From an uncultured Clostridia bacterium (lineage in GTDB: Bacteria > Bacillota > Clostridia > TANB77 > CAG-508), in contig CAKPJK010000002.1 in NCBI GenBank assembly GCA_934162615.1, forward strand, positions 705 to 64,704: 64,000 nt of DNA. Reading direction: 5' to 3'. How positions within the stretch are numbered: the first letter of the stretch is position 1; the number at the start of each line of letters is the position of its first letter. Of this stretch, positions 1-9,981 are shown piece after piece. Position numbers and translations under genes: made by a program. The notes under the pieces are model-generated. The model ran no database searches and was not told the origin of the DNA. It worked only from the letters and a program-made list of their open reading frames with translations.

Positions 1-354
1 CATACATTTCCAGTATTTTTTGGATTTAAAGGTGGAAAGGGTGTAGCAACATCACTTGGAGTTTTACTTATGAGTAACTGGCAAATAGGCTTAATTTGTT
101 TAGTATTTGCAGTTGTTTTAATGGCACTAACAAGAATGGTATCATTGGGTTCATGTGCAGCAGCAGTTCTATTTCCTGTATTAACATTATTCATAAATCA
201 ACATTATACTGTTTTAACAGATGGCAAAAGCGGTAGAGTTTATTTTGTTTATAGTGTAATATTAGCTATAATTGTTTTATATAATCATAGAAGTAATATA
301 AAAAGAATTTTAAATGGAACAGAAAACAAATTAAGCTTTAAAAATACAAAATAA
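1..354 (+). CDS. plsY: glycerol-3-phosphate acyltransferase PlsY, C-terminal part (5' end outside window)
   Basis: Frame 1 is open from base 1 (HTFPVFFGFKGGKGVATSLG, the PlsY KGGKG block). It runs into the listed hydrophobic 70..354 ORF and lies directly upstream of gpsA. Confidence 0.85.
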   Translation, partial: HTFPVFFGFKGGKGVATSLGVLLMSNWQIGLICLVFAVVLMALTRMVSLGSCAAAVLFPVLTLFINQHYTVLTDGKSGRVYFVYSVILAIIVLYNHRSNIKRILNGTENKLSFKNTK

Positions 355-399
355 ATGTCCATTTGAGGGCACATAAGATAAAGGAGGTAATATGAATTT

Positions 400-1380
400 A
401 TGAATATTGCAATAATAGGAAGTGGAAGCTGGGGAGTTGCCTTGGCAGTACATCTAGCAAATGTAGGTAATAATGTAAAGATATGGTCTTTTATGGAAGA
501 AGAAAGAGACTTAATAAATAATGAAAGAAAATGCAAATTTTTACCTGGTGTTGAATTACCAGAGAACATTATATGTTCAACCGATTTTGGAGAAGTAATT
601 AAAGATAGTAAAATGATTTTACATGTTACACCATCAAAATTTACAAGAAGTACATTTAAAAAATATAAAGAGTATGTTGGAAATAAACCAATAATAATAT
701 GTTCAAAAGGTTTTGAAAAAGAAACATTAGAAACATTGGACGAAGTTATTTTAGAAGAAATGCCAACAGCAAAAGTTGGTGCATTATCTGGACCAAGTCA
801 TGCAGAAGAAGTTTCAATAGCAATACCAACAGCACTTGTAATTGCATCAAAACATCAAAATATTTTAAAAATGGTACAAGATGCATTTATGTCAGAAAAA
901 ATGAGGATATATACATCAAATGATGTAAAAGGTGTAGAACTTGGTGGAGCGTTAAAAAATATAATTGCATTTTGCTCAGGGGCAGCAGCCGGAATTGGTT
1001 TGGGAGACAACAGTTTTGCAGCATTAATAACAAGAGGGCTAAAAGAAATCGTACGCTTAGGTGTTGAACTTGGCGGAAAAGAAGAAACTTTTTATGGTTT
1101 AAGTGGTCTTGGAGATTTAATAGTAACTTGTTTGAGTGAACATAGTAGAAATAGGAAAGCTGGATACTTAATAGGACAAGGAAAATCACTTGAGGAGACT
1201 AAAAAAGAAGTTGGAATGGTAATTGAAAGTATTGATAATATTGATGTTGCATATGAACTTGGAAAATTACATAATATTGAAATGCCAATAGTTGAAACAG
1301 TTTATAAAGTTTTGTATGAAAATCTTGATCCACAAGAAGCTGTTAAGAACTTAATGACAAGAGACAAAAAAATGGAATAA
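400..1380 (+). CDS. gpsA: NAD(P)H-dependent glycerol-3-phosphate dehydrogenase
   Basis: 326 aa. N-terminal Rossmann motif MNIAIIGSGSWGVALA and a GALKNIIAF block. AGGAGG lies upstream. Confidence 0.95.
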   Translation: MNIAIIGSGSWGVALAVHLANVGNNVKIWSFMEEERDLINNERKCKFLPGVELPENIICSTDFGEVIKDSKMILHVTPSKFTRSTFKKYKEYVGNKPIIICSKGFEKETLETLDEVILEEMPTAKVGALSGPSHAEEVSIAIPTALVIASKHQNILKMVQDAFMSEKMRIYTSNDVKGVELGGALKNIIAFCSGAAAGIGLGDNSFAALITRGLKEIVRLGVELGGKEETFYGLSGLGDLIVTCLSEHSRNRKAGYLIGQGKSLEETKKEVGMVIESIDNIDVAYELGKLHNIEMPIVETVYKVLYENLDPQEAVKNLMTRDKKME

Positions 1381-1474
1381 AATTCAAAAAATAATTATTA
1401 ACACAATGATAAAATTGAGAATAAAATTATAAAAAATTGAAATAATATTTATATATTTGAATGGAGGAATAAAA

Positions 1475-1990
1475 ATGGAATTTTTTGATAAATTAGGTAA
1501 AAAAGCAAGTGAAGCATACAAAGTTACAGCAGACAAAACAGGAAAATTAGCAAAAGAGGCTAAATTAAGAATGAAAATATCAGAATTAAAATCACAAATA
1601 AATGATATATACAAAGAAATAGGAGAGTGCGTTTATCAAAAACACACAAGAGATGGTGAATATGATATTTCAAAGGAAATCGAAGAAAAATGTACAAAAA
1701 TAGATGTTTTAAGTGATGAAATTGATTCAAATTTAAAACAATGTCTTGAATTAAAAGATAAAAGACAATGTCCAAACTGTTTTGCAGAAATAGAAAAAGA
1801 TGTAAAATTTTGCCCAAAATGTGGAACAAAACAAGAAGAAATTAAAGAAGAACCAGCTAAAGAAGTTGAAGTAATAGAAGAAAATAATAATCCATTTGAT
1901 GGAAAAAATGATAATAATGAATCTAACGAAGAAAAAACAAATTTAGAAAAAACAGTTACAGTAGAATCAGATCCAAAATTAGATGAATAA
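1475..1990 (+). CDS. zinc-ribbon domain protein
   Basis: Start moved to ATG 1475 behind GGAGG. The N-half looks coiled-coil, followed by a CPNC-x12-CPKC zinc ribbon and an acidic tail. Confidence 0.6.
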   Translation: MEFFDKLGKKASEAYKVTADKTGKLAKEAKLRMKISELKSQINDIYKEIGECVYQKHTRDGEYDISKEIEEKCTKIDVLSDEIDSNLKQCLELKDKRQCPNCFAEIEKDVKFCPKCGTKQEEIKEEPAKEVEVIEENNNPFDGKNDNNESNEEKTNLEKTVTVESDPKLDE

Positions 1991-2006
1991 CCAATTTTAA
2001 AAATAT

Positions 2007-2048
2007 AAAAGAATTTCTATAGTAAGAAGCTATTAGAAATTCTTTTTT
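2007..2048. terminator. bidirectional hairpin between convergent genes
   Basis: AAAAGAATTTCTA ... TAGAAATTCTTTT inverted repeat with A-run and T-run flanks. Confidence 0.6.
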
Positions 2049-2337
2049 AATATGGATATCTTTCAAATAAATATTTTATTAAATTATCAGCGTTTTCATT
2101 AGTAACATGGATATATACCCCTTTATCCAAACAAACCCACATCATAATTTTAAAATCATTAAAATTATCTGCATACACACCGATAATGTCAGCAATTTCA
2201 ATAGGATTATCATATGAATGTTCCCATGATAAAACATTATTTAGTTTAAAAGAAGAACTATAAAATGAACTTAAAAATTCTTCTAATTCTTTGGAACTAT
2301 TACTATATAAATTTACAGAAATCATACTTTTCTCCAA
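2047..2337 (-). CDS. hypothetical protein (96 aa)
   Basis: Clean ORF convergent with the Zn-ribbon gene. No family recognised. Confidence 0.5.
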   Translation of the reverse strand: MEKSMISVNLYSNSSKELEEFLSSFYSSSFKLNNVLSWEHSYDNPIEIADIIGVYADNFNDFKIMMWVCLDKGVYIHVTNENADNLIKYLFERYPY

Positions 2338-2468
2338 TTCTAAAAATAATTGTACTTTCTTTTAGTATAATTCGTAAAAGAAAAAATATACATAAAACCA
2401 AAATTGGAATAGTTTGTATCAAAACGTACATAATAAAATAAAAGATAAAATTAAATAGGAGGAATAAT

Positions 2469-3419
2469 TTGAAAAAATTTAGAAAATTAGCATATAGTGC
2501 ACTTATATTAATAATTATTATACTTTCTTTTTGTATTTATAAAGTGTTTGCTAAAAATAATCAAGATGATGATATAAAAGAAAAATCTTTTGCGGATATA
2601 AAATATTTAGAAAAAGAATTTACAAACTTATTTAATGAGGTTAATAATATAAAGTTTGAAAATTATACAATTCTATCTACGGATATTGAAGAAAAGAAAT
2701 CAAGTCAGGAATTAGGACAAGAATCTGGGCAAAGTTCTGGAGGGGGTTCTGATAAAAATTCCAGTAGTGAAACAGGTAAAGAAGATTCATCTTCTGAACA
2801 GGAAAAAACTAAAAATAAACAATATCAATTAAAAAAAGAAGGAATACTTACACAAAATTCGGAGCCTGATTGGAATCAAATAAAAAATGATGTAGAAAAA
2901 ATATATACAATATTATATTCAATAACTGTAGATTTACATCAAACAGTTAATAGTAAAGAAAATATTGCAAAATTTACTAACGAATATGATAAATTGGTAA
3001 AAGCGGTAAAGGAAGAAAATAAACAAGAAACATTAAAAGAATTGTCTGAATTGTATAACTTTTTGGCTGGATTTATGGATGATTTTTCTACACATAAAAA
3101 AGATGGAATTGTGATAAAAACAAAAAATGATGTATTTAAAGCATATAGTATTTTGGATAATGAAGACTGGGAAAGTGTGACAGACTCAATAAACAGTGCT
3201 ACACAAAACTTTGCAAGAATAAGTGTGGATGTGAAAAATTTAAATGATAAGGATACAGGCAAAAGCAATGAAAAAAATGATGACCAAAATATCAATAGAT
3301 ATAATGTTAATAAGGCATATATGATGATTGAAGAACTTCAAAATGCTGTTAATTTAAAAGAAAAAGAAATTTTTTTAATAAAATATAAAAATTTACTGGA
3401 AGAATTAGAAAATGTGTGA
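2469..3419 (+). CDS. membrane-anchored hypothetical protein
   Basis: TTG start behind AGGAGG. N-terminal TM helix, a Ser/Gly/Glu-rich linker, then a helical domain. No family recognised. Confidence 0.6.
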   Translation: MKKFRKLAYSALILIIIILSFCIYKVFAKNNQDDDIKEKSFADIKYLEKEFTNLFNEVNNIKFENYTILSTDIEEKKSSQELGQESGQSSGGGSDKNSSSETGKEDSSSEQEKTKNKQYQLKKEGILTQNSEPDWNQIKNDVEKIYTILYSITVDLHQTVNSKENIAKFTNEYDKLVKAVKEENKQETLKELSELYNFLAGFMDDFSTHKKDGIVIKTKNDVFKAYSILDNEDWESVTDSINSATQNFARISVDVKNLNDKDTGKSNEKNDDQNINRYNVNKAYMMIEELQNAVNLKEKEIFLIKYKNLLEELENV

Positions 3420-3430
3420 TATAATTTTCA

Positions 3431-3776
3431 AAGAGTAAATTGAATAGTCGCTGGTAACTTCCGAAAGGAACTACGAGAGGAAAGTCCGGGCTCCATAGAG
3501 CAATGATGCTAGATAACGTCTAGTGTGGGTAACCATAAGGAAAGTGCAACAGAAAATAACCGCCCGTATGGGTAAGGATGAAAAGGCGAGGTAAGAGCTC
3601 ACCGGTTCTATGGTGACATAGAATGCTGTGTAAACCCCATCTGGAGCAACACCTAACAAAGAAGATTAAGTCTGCTCGACGCCTTCTTGAATTGCGTGGC
3701 TTGAGGCATATAGCAATATATGTCCTAGATAAATGACTATTTTAAAAGACAGAACCCGGCTTACAGATTTGCTCTT
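3431..3776 (+). ncRNA. rnpB: RNase P RNA (bacterial, Firmicute type)
   Basis: GAGAGGAAAGTCCGGGCTCC at 3475-3494 and ACAGAACCCGGCTTACAG at 3749-3766 are the conserved P4 strands. 5' AAGAGTAAAT pairs with 3' ATTTGCTCTT (P1), and a T-run follows. Confidence 0.9.
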
Positions 3777-3782
3777 TTTTTA

Positions 3783-4655
3783 TTAAAAATCAAAAATTTT
3801 AAAATCATTAGGTAAATCACCCCAAAAATTCAAATCATTATTATAAACAGGATGAATAAATTGCAGATTAAAGCAATGTAAAGCCTGTCTATTAATTAAA
3901 TCAGAAATAGAACCATATAAACTATCACCAAGCAAAGGATGACCAATAGCAGACATATGAACTCTAATTTGATGTGTCCTACCAGTCTCCAAAGAACACT
4001 TAACTAAAGAATAATTATCAAACTCTTTTAAAACTGTATAATGAGTTATGGCAGTTTGACCATTTTCGGAAATGCATCTTTCAATAATACTATTTTCTTT
4101 TCGCGCAATTGGTAAATTAATTGTACCAGATTTTTTGTCAAAAATTCCGTTACAAACGGCTAAATATTCTTTCTTAAATTGATTATTTTTCATTTGATTA
4201 ATTAAACATTCTTGAATATACTCACATTTTGCAAATACAACTAAGCCTGATGTGTTTAGGTCAAGCCTATTAACAGGCCTTATTTTTTTCTTTAAACCAA
4301 TTTTATCAAAATAGAATCTTATACCATTACACAAAGAATCAGAGTAATGCAAAACTGATGGATGTATTGCAATTCCAGCAGGTTTATTCACAACCAAAAG
4401 CCAGTCGTCTTCAAATATAATATTTAAATCCATTTCTGTTGGTACAATATTTGAGTTATCTTCTTCATAATCAAAGTTGATTGTAATTGTGTCTCCTAAA
4501 GTGCCTGTTTTACGTGTGTCACATGGTTGATGGTTGAGTTGTATTTTATTTAGTTTTATTAATTTGTATAATAGTCTTGAGGATATATGTAGTTCGTTTT
4601 GTAATATGCTATTTATTGTTTGTGTGTTGTTTTGTATTTTATAATTTATTTCCAT
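3783..4655 (-). CDS. RluA-family (RluD-like) 23S rRNA pseudouridine synthase
   Basis: 290 aa. S4-like N-terminus, NRLDLNTSGLVVFAK catalytic-Asp block and GRTHQIRVH motif. Confidence 0.9.
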   Translation of the reverse strand: MEINYKIQNNTQTINSILQNELHISSRLLYKLIKLNKIQLNHQPCDTRKTGTLGDTITINFDYEEDNSNIVPTEMDLNIIFEDDWLLVVNKPAGIAIHPSVLHYSDSLCNGIRFYFDKIGLKKKIRPVNRLDLNTSGLVVFAKCEYIQECLINQMKNNQFKKEYLAVCNGIFDKKSGTINLPIARKENSIIERCISENGQTAITHYTVLKEFDNYSLVKCSLETGRTHQIRVHMSAIGHPLLGDSLYGSISDLINRQALHCFNLQFIHPVYNNDLNFWGDLPNDFKIFDF

Positions 4656-4884
4656 TTTTGCTCCTTTATAATATATAATTTTATCGTTTGTTTGTTTCTA
4701 TTTTTCCCTTGGTCATTATATGTAACATTATTGTAACAGGAAAGTGCAAAAAATACAAATTTTTACTTTACTTTTTTTATAAATATGTATATAATTTGTT
4801 ACGGAATACTAAATGCAAAAATAATAGTTGAAACTAGAATATTAATAATAATACTAATAAAAATATAAAGGAAGGAAAACTAAA

Positions 4885-5550
4885 ATGCGTATAAGATACA
4901 AAAAATGGGCGAGACCAGAATTAGAAGCAAGTAAATTTTATATAGATAACCCAGAAGAATGGAAAGGAAAATGGAAGGAATTTTTCAAAAATCCAAATAA
5001 TCAAATACATTTGGAACTAGGATGCGGAAAAGGTCAATTTATATCAAATCTAGCATCAAGTAATTTAGATATTAACTATATAGCAATAGATTTAGTTGAT
5101 GCAATGCTGGGACTAGCAAAAAGAAATGTAGAACAAGTATACCAAGAAAAAAATATTGAACCAGATAATGTTGCTCTAACAAGATTTGATATTGAAAGAA
5201 TACCAATGATTTTAGACAAAACAGATAATATTCAAAGAATATATATAAACTTTTGTAATCCTTGGCCAAAGGGAAAACATAGAAAGAAAAGACTTACACA
5301 TACAAGGCAACTTGAAAAATATAAACAATTTTTGGCAGAAAATGGAGAAGTTTATTTTAAAACAGATGATGATGATTTATTTAATTCAAGTTTAATATAT
5401 TTTGAAGAAAGTGATTTTGAAGTTGTTGCAAAAACTTATGATTTGCATAAAGAACCAATTTTTGAAAATAATATAGAAACAGAGCATGAGAAAATGTTTT
5501 CAGAACAGGGGATTAAGATTAAAGCATTAATTGCAAAGTGTAAAAATTAA
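4885..5550 (+). CDS. trmB: tRNA (guanine-N7)-methyltransferase
   Basis: 221 aa. [12 protein letters not shown] motif and the [15 protein letters not shown] block typical of TrmB. Confidence 0.9.
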   Translation: MRIRYKKWARPELEASKFYIDNPEEWKGKWKEFFKNPNNQIHLELGCGKGQFISNLASSNLDINYIAIDLVDAMLGLAKRNVEQVYQEKNIEPDNVALTRFDIERIPMILDKTDNIQRIYINFCNPWPKGKHRKKRLTHTRQLEKYKQFLAENGEVYFKTDDDDLFNSSLIYFEESDFEVVAKTYDLHKEPIFENNIETEHEKMFSEQGIKIKALIAKCKN

Positions 5551-5605
5551 TAGACAAAGTTATTGAAGGTTATAAATTAATGAAATAAGTGAAAGGGTAA
5601 AGATA

Positions 5606-6127
5606 ATGGAAGATCCAGATGTAACAGAAATGAAAAAAAATTGTAATAACAGAGAATATGTGCTTCAGGCAGTAAAAGATAAAGGGAAACTTTTGGAATT
5701 TGCAGCACCTGAATTTCATGATGATGAAGAAGTAGTAAAAACAGCACTTGAACAAGATGGTGAGTCAATGGAATTTGTATCTGACCGTTTAAAAGACAAT
5801 AAAGATTTGATGCTACTTGCAATAAAAGGAGCACCATGGACTGCATGTTATGCATCAGATAGACTAAGAGCAGATAGAGATGTAATAATGGCAAGTGTTC
5901 AAACATATGGACAAACTTTATATTTTGCAAGTGAAAAATTAAGAGACGACAAAGATGTTGTAAAAGCGGCAGTTACAAATAAAGGCTTAATTGTAAAGTT
6001 TGCAAGTTATAGATTAAGAAATGATAAGGAAATTGCAAAAATAGCAGTAAAACAAGACAAAAGAGCATACCAGTTTTTAACAAAAGAATTAAAAGCAGAT
6101 GAAGAAATAAAAAGTCTTTTAGGATAA
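5606..6127 (+). CDS. DUF4116 repeat protein
   Basis: 173 aa of tandem ~30-aa units (for example DKDVVKAAVTNKGLIVKFASYRLRNDKEIAKIAVKQD) characteristic of DUF4116. Confidence 0.7.
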   Translation: MEDPDVTEMKKNCNNREYVLQAVKDKGKLLEFAAPEFHDDEEVVKTALEQDGESMEFVSDRLKDNKDLMLLAIKGAPWTACYASDRLRADRDVIMASVQTYGQTLYFASEKLRDDKDVVKAAVTNKGLIVKFASYRLRNDKEIAKIAVKQDKRAYQFLTKELKADEEIKSLLG

Positions 6128-6131
6128 AAAA

Positions 6132-6264
6132 CGGGATTAGGGGACGGGTCTTCAATCCCTAATTTTTAAAGTTATTATTTTTTCGGGATTGGGGGACGGG
6201 TCTTCAATCCCTAATTTTTAAAATTATTATTTTTTCGGGATTGAAGACCCGTCCCCCAATCCCG
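6132..6264. repeat. GC-rich palindromic repeat cluster (REP-like): two direct 52-bp units plus one inverted core
   Basis: Cores GGGATTAGGGGACGGGTCTTCAATCCC (6133-6159), GGGATTGGGGGACGGGTCTTCAATCCC (6185-6211) and the exact reverse complement GGGATTGAAGACCCGTCCCCCAATCCC (6237-6263). Confidence 0.85.
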
Positions 6265-6289
6265 AAAAATTTGAATGGAGGAATTTAAA

Positions 6290-7435
6290 ATGATTAAAAA
6301 AGTTGCAATATTAGCAAATGGTGGAGATGTAGCAGGATTTAATGCTGTAATAAGAGGAATTGTAAAAACAGCAGAAAATCATGATATAGAATGTTATGGA
6401 TTTATAGATGGATATAATGGTTTATTAAAAAATGAATATGAAAGATTAAGTACAGCAGAAGATGGAAATGCAGAGGGAATATTACCAAAAGGTGGTTCAA
6501 TAATAGGTTCCTCAACAAATGCAAATGTATTCAATTATAAAGTTACAAAAGAAGATGGAACAGTTGAATACAAAGATTTGTCTGATGTATGTGTAGAAAA
6601 TATTAAAAAAGATGGATTTGACTGTATTTTTACACTAGGTGGAGATGGAACACAAAAATCTGCCAGAGATTTTGCAACAAAGGGTGTAAATGTAATAGGA
6701 GTTCCTAAAACAATTGATAATGATGTTGCTTGTACAGAAATAACATTTGGATATAATACTGCAGTTTCTGTTGCAATGGAAGCAATTGATAGACTTCATA
6801 CAACTGGTGAAACACATCACAGAATTATGGTATTGGAAGTTATGGGAAGATATGCCGGATGGATAGCATTAGAGTCAGCGATTGCAGGTGGTGCAGATGT
6901 TGCATTAATTCCAGAAATTCCATATGATATAAATAGAGTTGCAGAAAAAATAAAAAATAGACAAAAAAGAGGCAAAAATTTTGACATTGTTGTTGTTGCA
7001 GAAGGTGCAAAACCAAAAGATGGAGAGATTACAGTTGAAAATGTAAGAGATAATGGTAAAGGTGTTGATAATACAAAACTTGGTGGAGTTGGCGAAAAAG
7101 TTGCAAAACAATTACAAGAATTAACAGGTTTAGAAGCTAGAAATACTACACTTGGTTATATGCAAAGAGGTGGAACACCAACAGCGTTTGATAGAGTTTT
7201 ATCAACAAAATACGGTACTGCTGCAATGAGAATGGCTATTGAAGAAAAATTTGGAAATTTAGTTGTTATTAAAAATGGAAAAATTGATTATGCATCACTA
7301 GAAGATGTTGTTGGCCAAAATAAAGAAATTGGTGCTGTTTCTGGAAACACAACTGTAAGTAATCAAAGAAAGGTTACTATGGATGATGATTTAGTGAAAA
7401 CAGCAAGAAGTGTAGGAATTAATTTAGGAGACTAA
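6290..7435 (+). CDS. pfkA: 6-phosphofructokinase
   Basis: Start moved to ATG 6290 behind GGAGG. Contains the GGDGT, MGRYAGW and TLGYMQRGG phosphofructokinase blocks. Confidence 0.9.
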   Translation: MIKKVAILANGGDVAGFNAVIRGIVKTAENHDIECYGFIDGYNGLLKNEYERLSTAEDGNAEGILPKGGSIIGSSTNANVFNYKVTKEDGTVEYKDLSDVCVENIKKDGFDCIFTLGGDGTQKSARDFATKGVNVIGVPKTIDNDVACTEITFGYNTAVSVAMEAIDRLHTTGETHHRIMVLEVMGRYAGWIALESAIAGGADVALIPEIPYDINRVAEKIKNRQKRGKNFDIVVVAEGAKPKDGEITVENVRDNGKGVDNTKLGGVGEKVAKQLQELTGLEARNTTLGYMQRGGTPTAFDRVLSTKYGTAAMRMAIEEKFGNLVVIKNGKIDYASLEDVVGQNKEIGAVSGNTTVSNQRKVTMDDDLVKTARSVGINLGD

Positions 7436-7438
7436 GGA

Positions 7439-7495
7439 GGGATTTAGGGACGTTCCTTAAAATCCCTTTAAAAAGGGATAAAGGGACAGTCCTTC
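7439..7495. repeat. degenerate copy of the GC-rich palindromic repeat
   Basis: GGGATTTAGGGACGTTCCTTAAAATCCC, then GGGATAAAGGGACAGTCC. Same GGGATT...GGGAC...AATCCC layout as 6133-6263. Confidence 0.6.
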
Positions 7496-7552
7496 TTCTC
7501 AGAAAAAATTCAAATTAATTTTGAGATAATTATGAAATTTGTGTAAAAACTA

Positions 7553-7581
7553 TTGTACAAAAAAATTATTATTGGTATAAT
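7553..7581 (+). promoter_or_regulatory. sigma-A type promoter for the alcohol dehydrogenase gene
   Basis: TTGTAC (7553-7558), a 17-nt spacer, then TATAAT (7576-7581) preceded by TGG. Confidence 0.5.
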
Positions 7582-7616
7582 CAAAACAGATTAAAATTAC
7601 GAAGGAGGAATATAAA

Positions 7617-8777
7617 ATGGCAATAAGATTTGTTTTAAACGAAACATCATATTTTGGAAACAATGCAAGAGAGGTACTAGCAGAAGAAATTAAGAAAGGA
7701 AAATTCAAAAAAGTATTTTTGGTTACAGATAAACCATTAGTAGATGCAGGAGTTACTGAAAAAGTTGAAAAAGTGTTAACAGATGCAGGAATTGAATACT
7801 CACTATATGACGAAATCAAACCAAACCCAACAATTAAAAATGTAACAGACGGAGTTGCTGCATGTAAAAAATCAGGAGCAGATGTAATAGTTGCAGTTGG
7901 TGGTGGTTCAAGCATGGACACTGCAAAAGGAATTTCAATTGTAATGACAAACCCAGACAGAGCAGATATCAAATCTCTAAATGGATTATCAAATACAGTT
8001 AATAAAGGAATGCCAATGATAGCATTACCAACAACAGCAGGAACAGCATCAGAAGTTACAATAAACTATGTTATAACAGATGAAGAAAGAAAAATAAAAA
8101 TGGTATGTGTAGACCCTAATGACATTCCAATTGTAGCAATAGTTGATTCAGAATTAATGGCATCAATGCCAAAATCACTTGCTGCAGCAACAGGAATGGA
8201 TGCCTTAACACATGCGGTAGAAGGATATATCACAAAGGCACATAACGAAATGTCAGATATGTTCCATATGAAGGCTATCAAATTAATATTCAAATATTTA
8301 CCAGCAGCCGTAAATGAAAAAGACCCTAAAGCTGTTGAAATGATGGGAATGGCTCAATATATTGCAGGTATGGGATTTAGTAATGTAGGACTTGGAATAG
8401 TTCACTCAATGGCACATCAATTAGGGGCTGTATATGATACACCACATGGAATTGCAAATGCTATGCTTTTACCAACAGTTATGAGATTTAATGGAGAAAG
8501 TCCAGAAACAGCACAAAGATTTAGAGAAATCTTATGCGAAATTGGTAGACCAGATGCTGCACACTTAAATGACCAAGATGTTATTAATACATTTGTATGG
8601 ATGATTAGTGAACTTTCTAAAGCAGTTGGTATTACTCAAACTATTAAAGATTATGGTGCAAAAGAAGAAGATTTTGAAATGCTTGCAGATAAAGCTATGG
8701 AAGATCCTTGTAAACCAGGTAATCCAAGAGAAGTAAGCAAAGAAGATTTTATTGAATTATATAGAAGAGCAATGTAA
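7617..8777 (+). CDS. iron-containing (group III) alcohol dehydrogenase, FucO/DhaT-like
   Basis: 386 aa. VAVGGGSSMDTAKG nucleotide site and the His blocks ALTHAVE and IVHSMAHQLG. Confidence 0.9.
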   Translation: MAIRFVLNETSYFGNNAREVLAEEIKKGKFKKVFLVTDKPLVDAGVTEKVEKVLTDAGIEYSLYDEIKPNPTIKNVTDGVAACKKSGADVIVAVGGGSSMDTAKGISIVMTNPDRADIKSLNGLSNTVNKGMPMIALPTTAGTASEVTINYVITDEERKIKMVCVDPNDIPIVAIVDSELMASMPKSLAAATGMDALTHAVEGYITKAHNEMSDMFHMKAIKLIFKYLPAAVNEKDPKAVEMMGMAQYIAGMGFSNVGLGIVHSMAHQLGAVYDTPHGIANAMLLPTVMRFNGESPETAQRFREILCEIGRPDAAHLNDQDVINTFVWMISELSKAVGITQTIKDYGAKEEDFEMLADKAMEDPCKPGNPREVSKEDFIELYRRAM

Positions 8778-8833
8778 GATGATGATTTGACTCATACTAC
8801 TAATGTTTTGGTGGTATGAGTTTTTATTTTATG

Positions 8834-8862
8834 TTGACTTATGCACGAAAAAAGTATATAAT
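8834..8862 (+). promoter_or_regulatory. consensus-like promoter of small-ORF cassette 1
   Basis: TTGACT, a 17-nt spacer, then TATAAT. Confidence 0.55.
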
Positions 8863-8906
8863 ATGAATAGTTACTAGTAGTAAAGCATCAGAAAAGGAGC
8901 ATGTAT

Positions 8907-9173
8907 ATGGAGAAGACATATAGACTCGTAATTAATCAACAGGAAGTTATGATTTCTTTGAATAAACAAGATAACGCAGATGTAATAAGGTTACCAATAA
9001 CTTATTTCCAAAATGAAAAGTATGTGAGTCAGAATGCATTTTTCCAGGAAATAAGGGAAAAAATTAGACATAAATTTGGAACGAAACCTTCAAACGTTAA
9101 ACTTGATTTCAATGTTCAAGACTATGAAAAAATAGAGAGGATGATTAAAGAAAATCAGAGATCAAAAGACTAA
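8907..9173 (+). CDS. small hypothetical protein (cassette 1)
   Basis: ORF with AAGGAG RBS. ATG 8907 has better spacing than 8901. Own promoter and hairpin terminator. Confidence 0.55.
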   Translation: MEKTYRLVINQQEVMISLNKQDNADVIRLPITYFQNEKYVSQNAFFQEIREKIRHKFGTKPSNVKLDFNVQDYEKIERMIKENQRSKD

Positions 9174-9243
9174 TTGCATTGCTCATCTCTTATCACTAAT
9201 ATTTTTGGTGGTAAGAGAAATTTTTTTGATATTGCATATTATG

Positions 9244-9272
9244 TTGACTTCTTGCTTAAAAAAGCTTATAAT
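9244..9272 (+). promoter_or_regulatory. consensus-like promoter of small-ORF cassette 2
   Basis: ATGTTGACTT...TATAAT with a 17-nt spacer. The -35 context is identical to cassette 1. Confidence 0.55.
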
Positions 9273-9314
9273 ATATTTAGTAGCGATAAAATTTGCACAT
9301 AAAAGGAGAACAAC

Positions 9315-9581
9315 ATGAGATTTAAATTAATTTCAACAGGAAATGGCAGTTTTTCAGTTGTTTTAGCGGATGTAAGAAGTGCTAAGCAGCTTAACATCAC
9401 AGAGCTGGAATTGGAGGATCCGGCATTAATTTCAAGAGAATCTGTGATTTCTGAAATAAGAGAAAGAACAGAAAAATTTTTCACTTGTGAAGAATCGATA
9501 AACCTTGAGATTGATGAAAAAACTGAAAAAGAAATTTCAAAAACATTTTTACATAACAAATTTGTTTTTGAATCTGAGTAA
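9315..9581 (+). CDS. small hypothetical protein (cassette 2)
   Basis: 88-aa ORF behind AAGGAG, followed by the hairpin CCCTTACCAT..ATGGTAAGGG. Confidence 0.55.
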   Translation: MRFKLISTGNGSFSVVLADVRSAKQLNITELELEDPALISRESVISEIRERTEKFFTCEESINLEIDEKTEKEISKTFLHNKFVFESE

Positions 9582-9729
9582 AAATCTCCACCCTTACCAT
9601 TAGAAATTAGATGGTAAGGGCTTTATTTGTTAGTGAGTTCATAGATTGGATTATTTGACTTTACATGAGATTCAAATTGATGTATAATATTGAATGTTGA
9701 AATTTAGTAGTTACTTTTAAGGAGGAATT

Positions 9730-9978
9730 ATGACATCTAAGCAAAAAAAACAAAAAAATAATTTTGATATCATATCGCAATTTATGAACAGCGATATGAA
9801 AGAAAAGAAATTAGAAAAAACAATTCACGAAATATTTGTCTTAGATAGACAAATATATGAAAGGGACCTTAATATTGGACTCTTTTATGAGAACGGAAAG
9901 AAGTTTAATAGAACTATGCAAACGGATTATGCAAAATATGGCAATAAGCCAATTCCAATATTGCTAATAAAAAAGTAA
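9730..9978 (+). CDS. small hypothetical protein (cassette 3)
   Basis: 82-aa ORF behind AAGGAGG, with a TTGACT -35-like hexamer upstream and a hairpin terminator downstream. Confidence 0.55.
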   Translation: MTSKQKKQKNNFDIISQFMNSDMKEKKLEKTIHEIFVLDRQIYERDLNIGLFYENGKKFNRTMQTDYAKYGNKPIPILLIKK

Positions 9979-9981
9979 CAA

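Noticed and set aside
392-403. Three-codon mini-ORF (ATG AAT TTA TGA) overlapping the gpsA start as ATGA
   Set aside because: It is too short to evaluate and probably just an alternative ATG near the RBS. There is no evidence for regulatory coupling.
3471-3659. 62-aa minus-strand ORF from the track
   Set aside because: It lies entirely inside the RNase P RNA gene, is unusually GC-rich only because of the RNA, and has no RBS. It is an artefact.
6132-6264. Possible mini CRISPR array
   Set aside because: There are only two direct copies plus one inverted copy. The 25-nt spacers are nearly identical AT-rich parts of a 52-bp duplication, and no cas genes are nearby. It is a REP-like palindromic repeat instead.
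7550-7972. Long antisense ORFs inside coding genes (also 16125..16550, 32699..33145, 58931..59290, 60395..60904, 61955..62395 and many shorter ones)
   Set aside because: They mirror real genes on the other strand, encode low-complexity Ser/Phe/Leu/Ile-rich strings and lack RBS or family motifs. This is expected from AT-rich codon bias.
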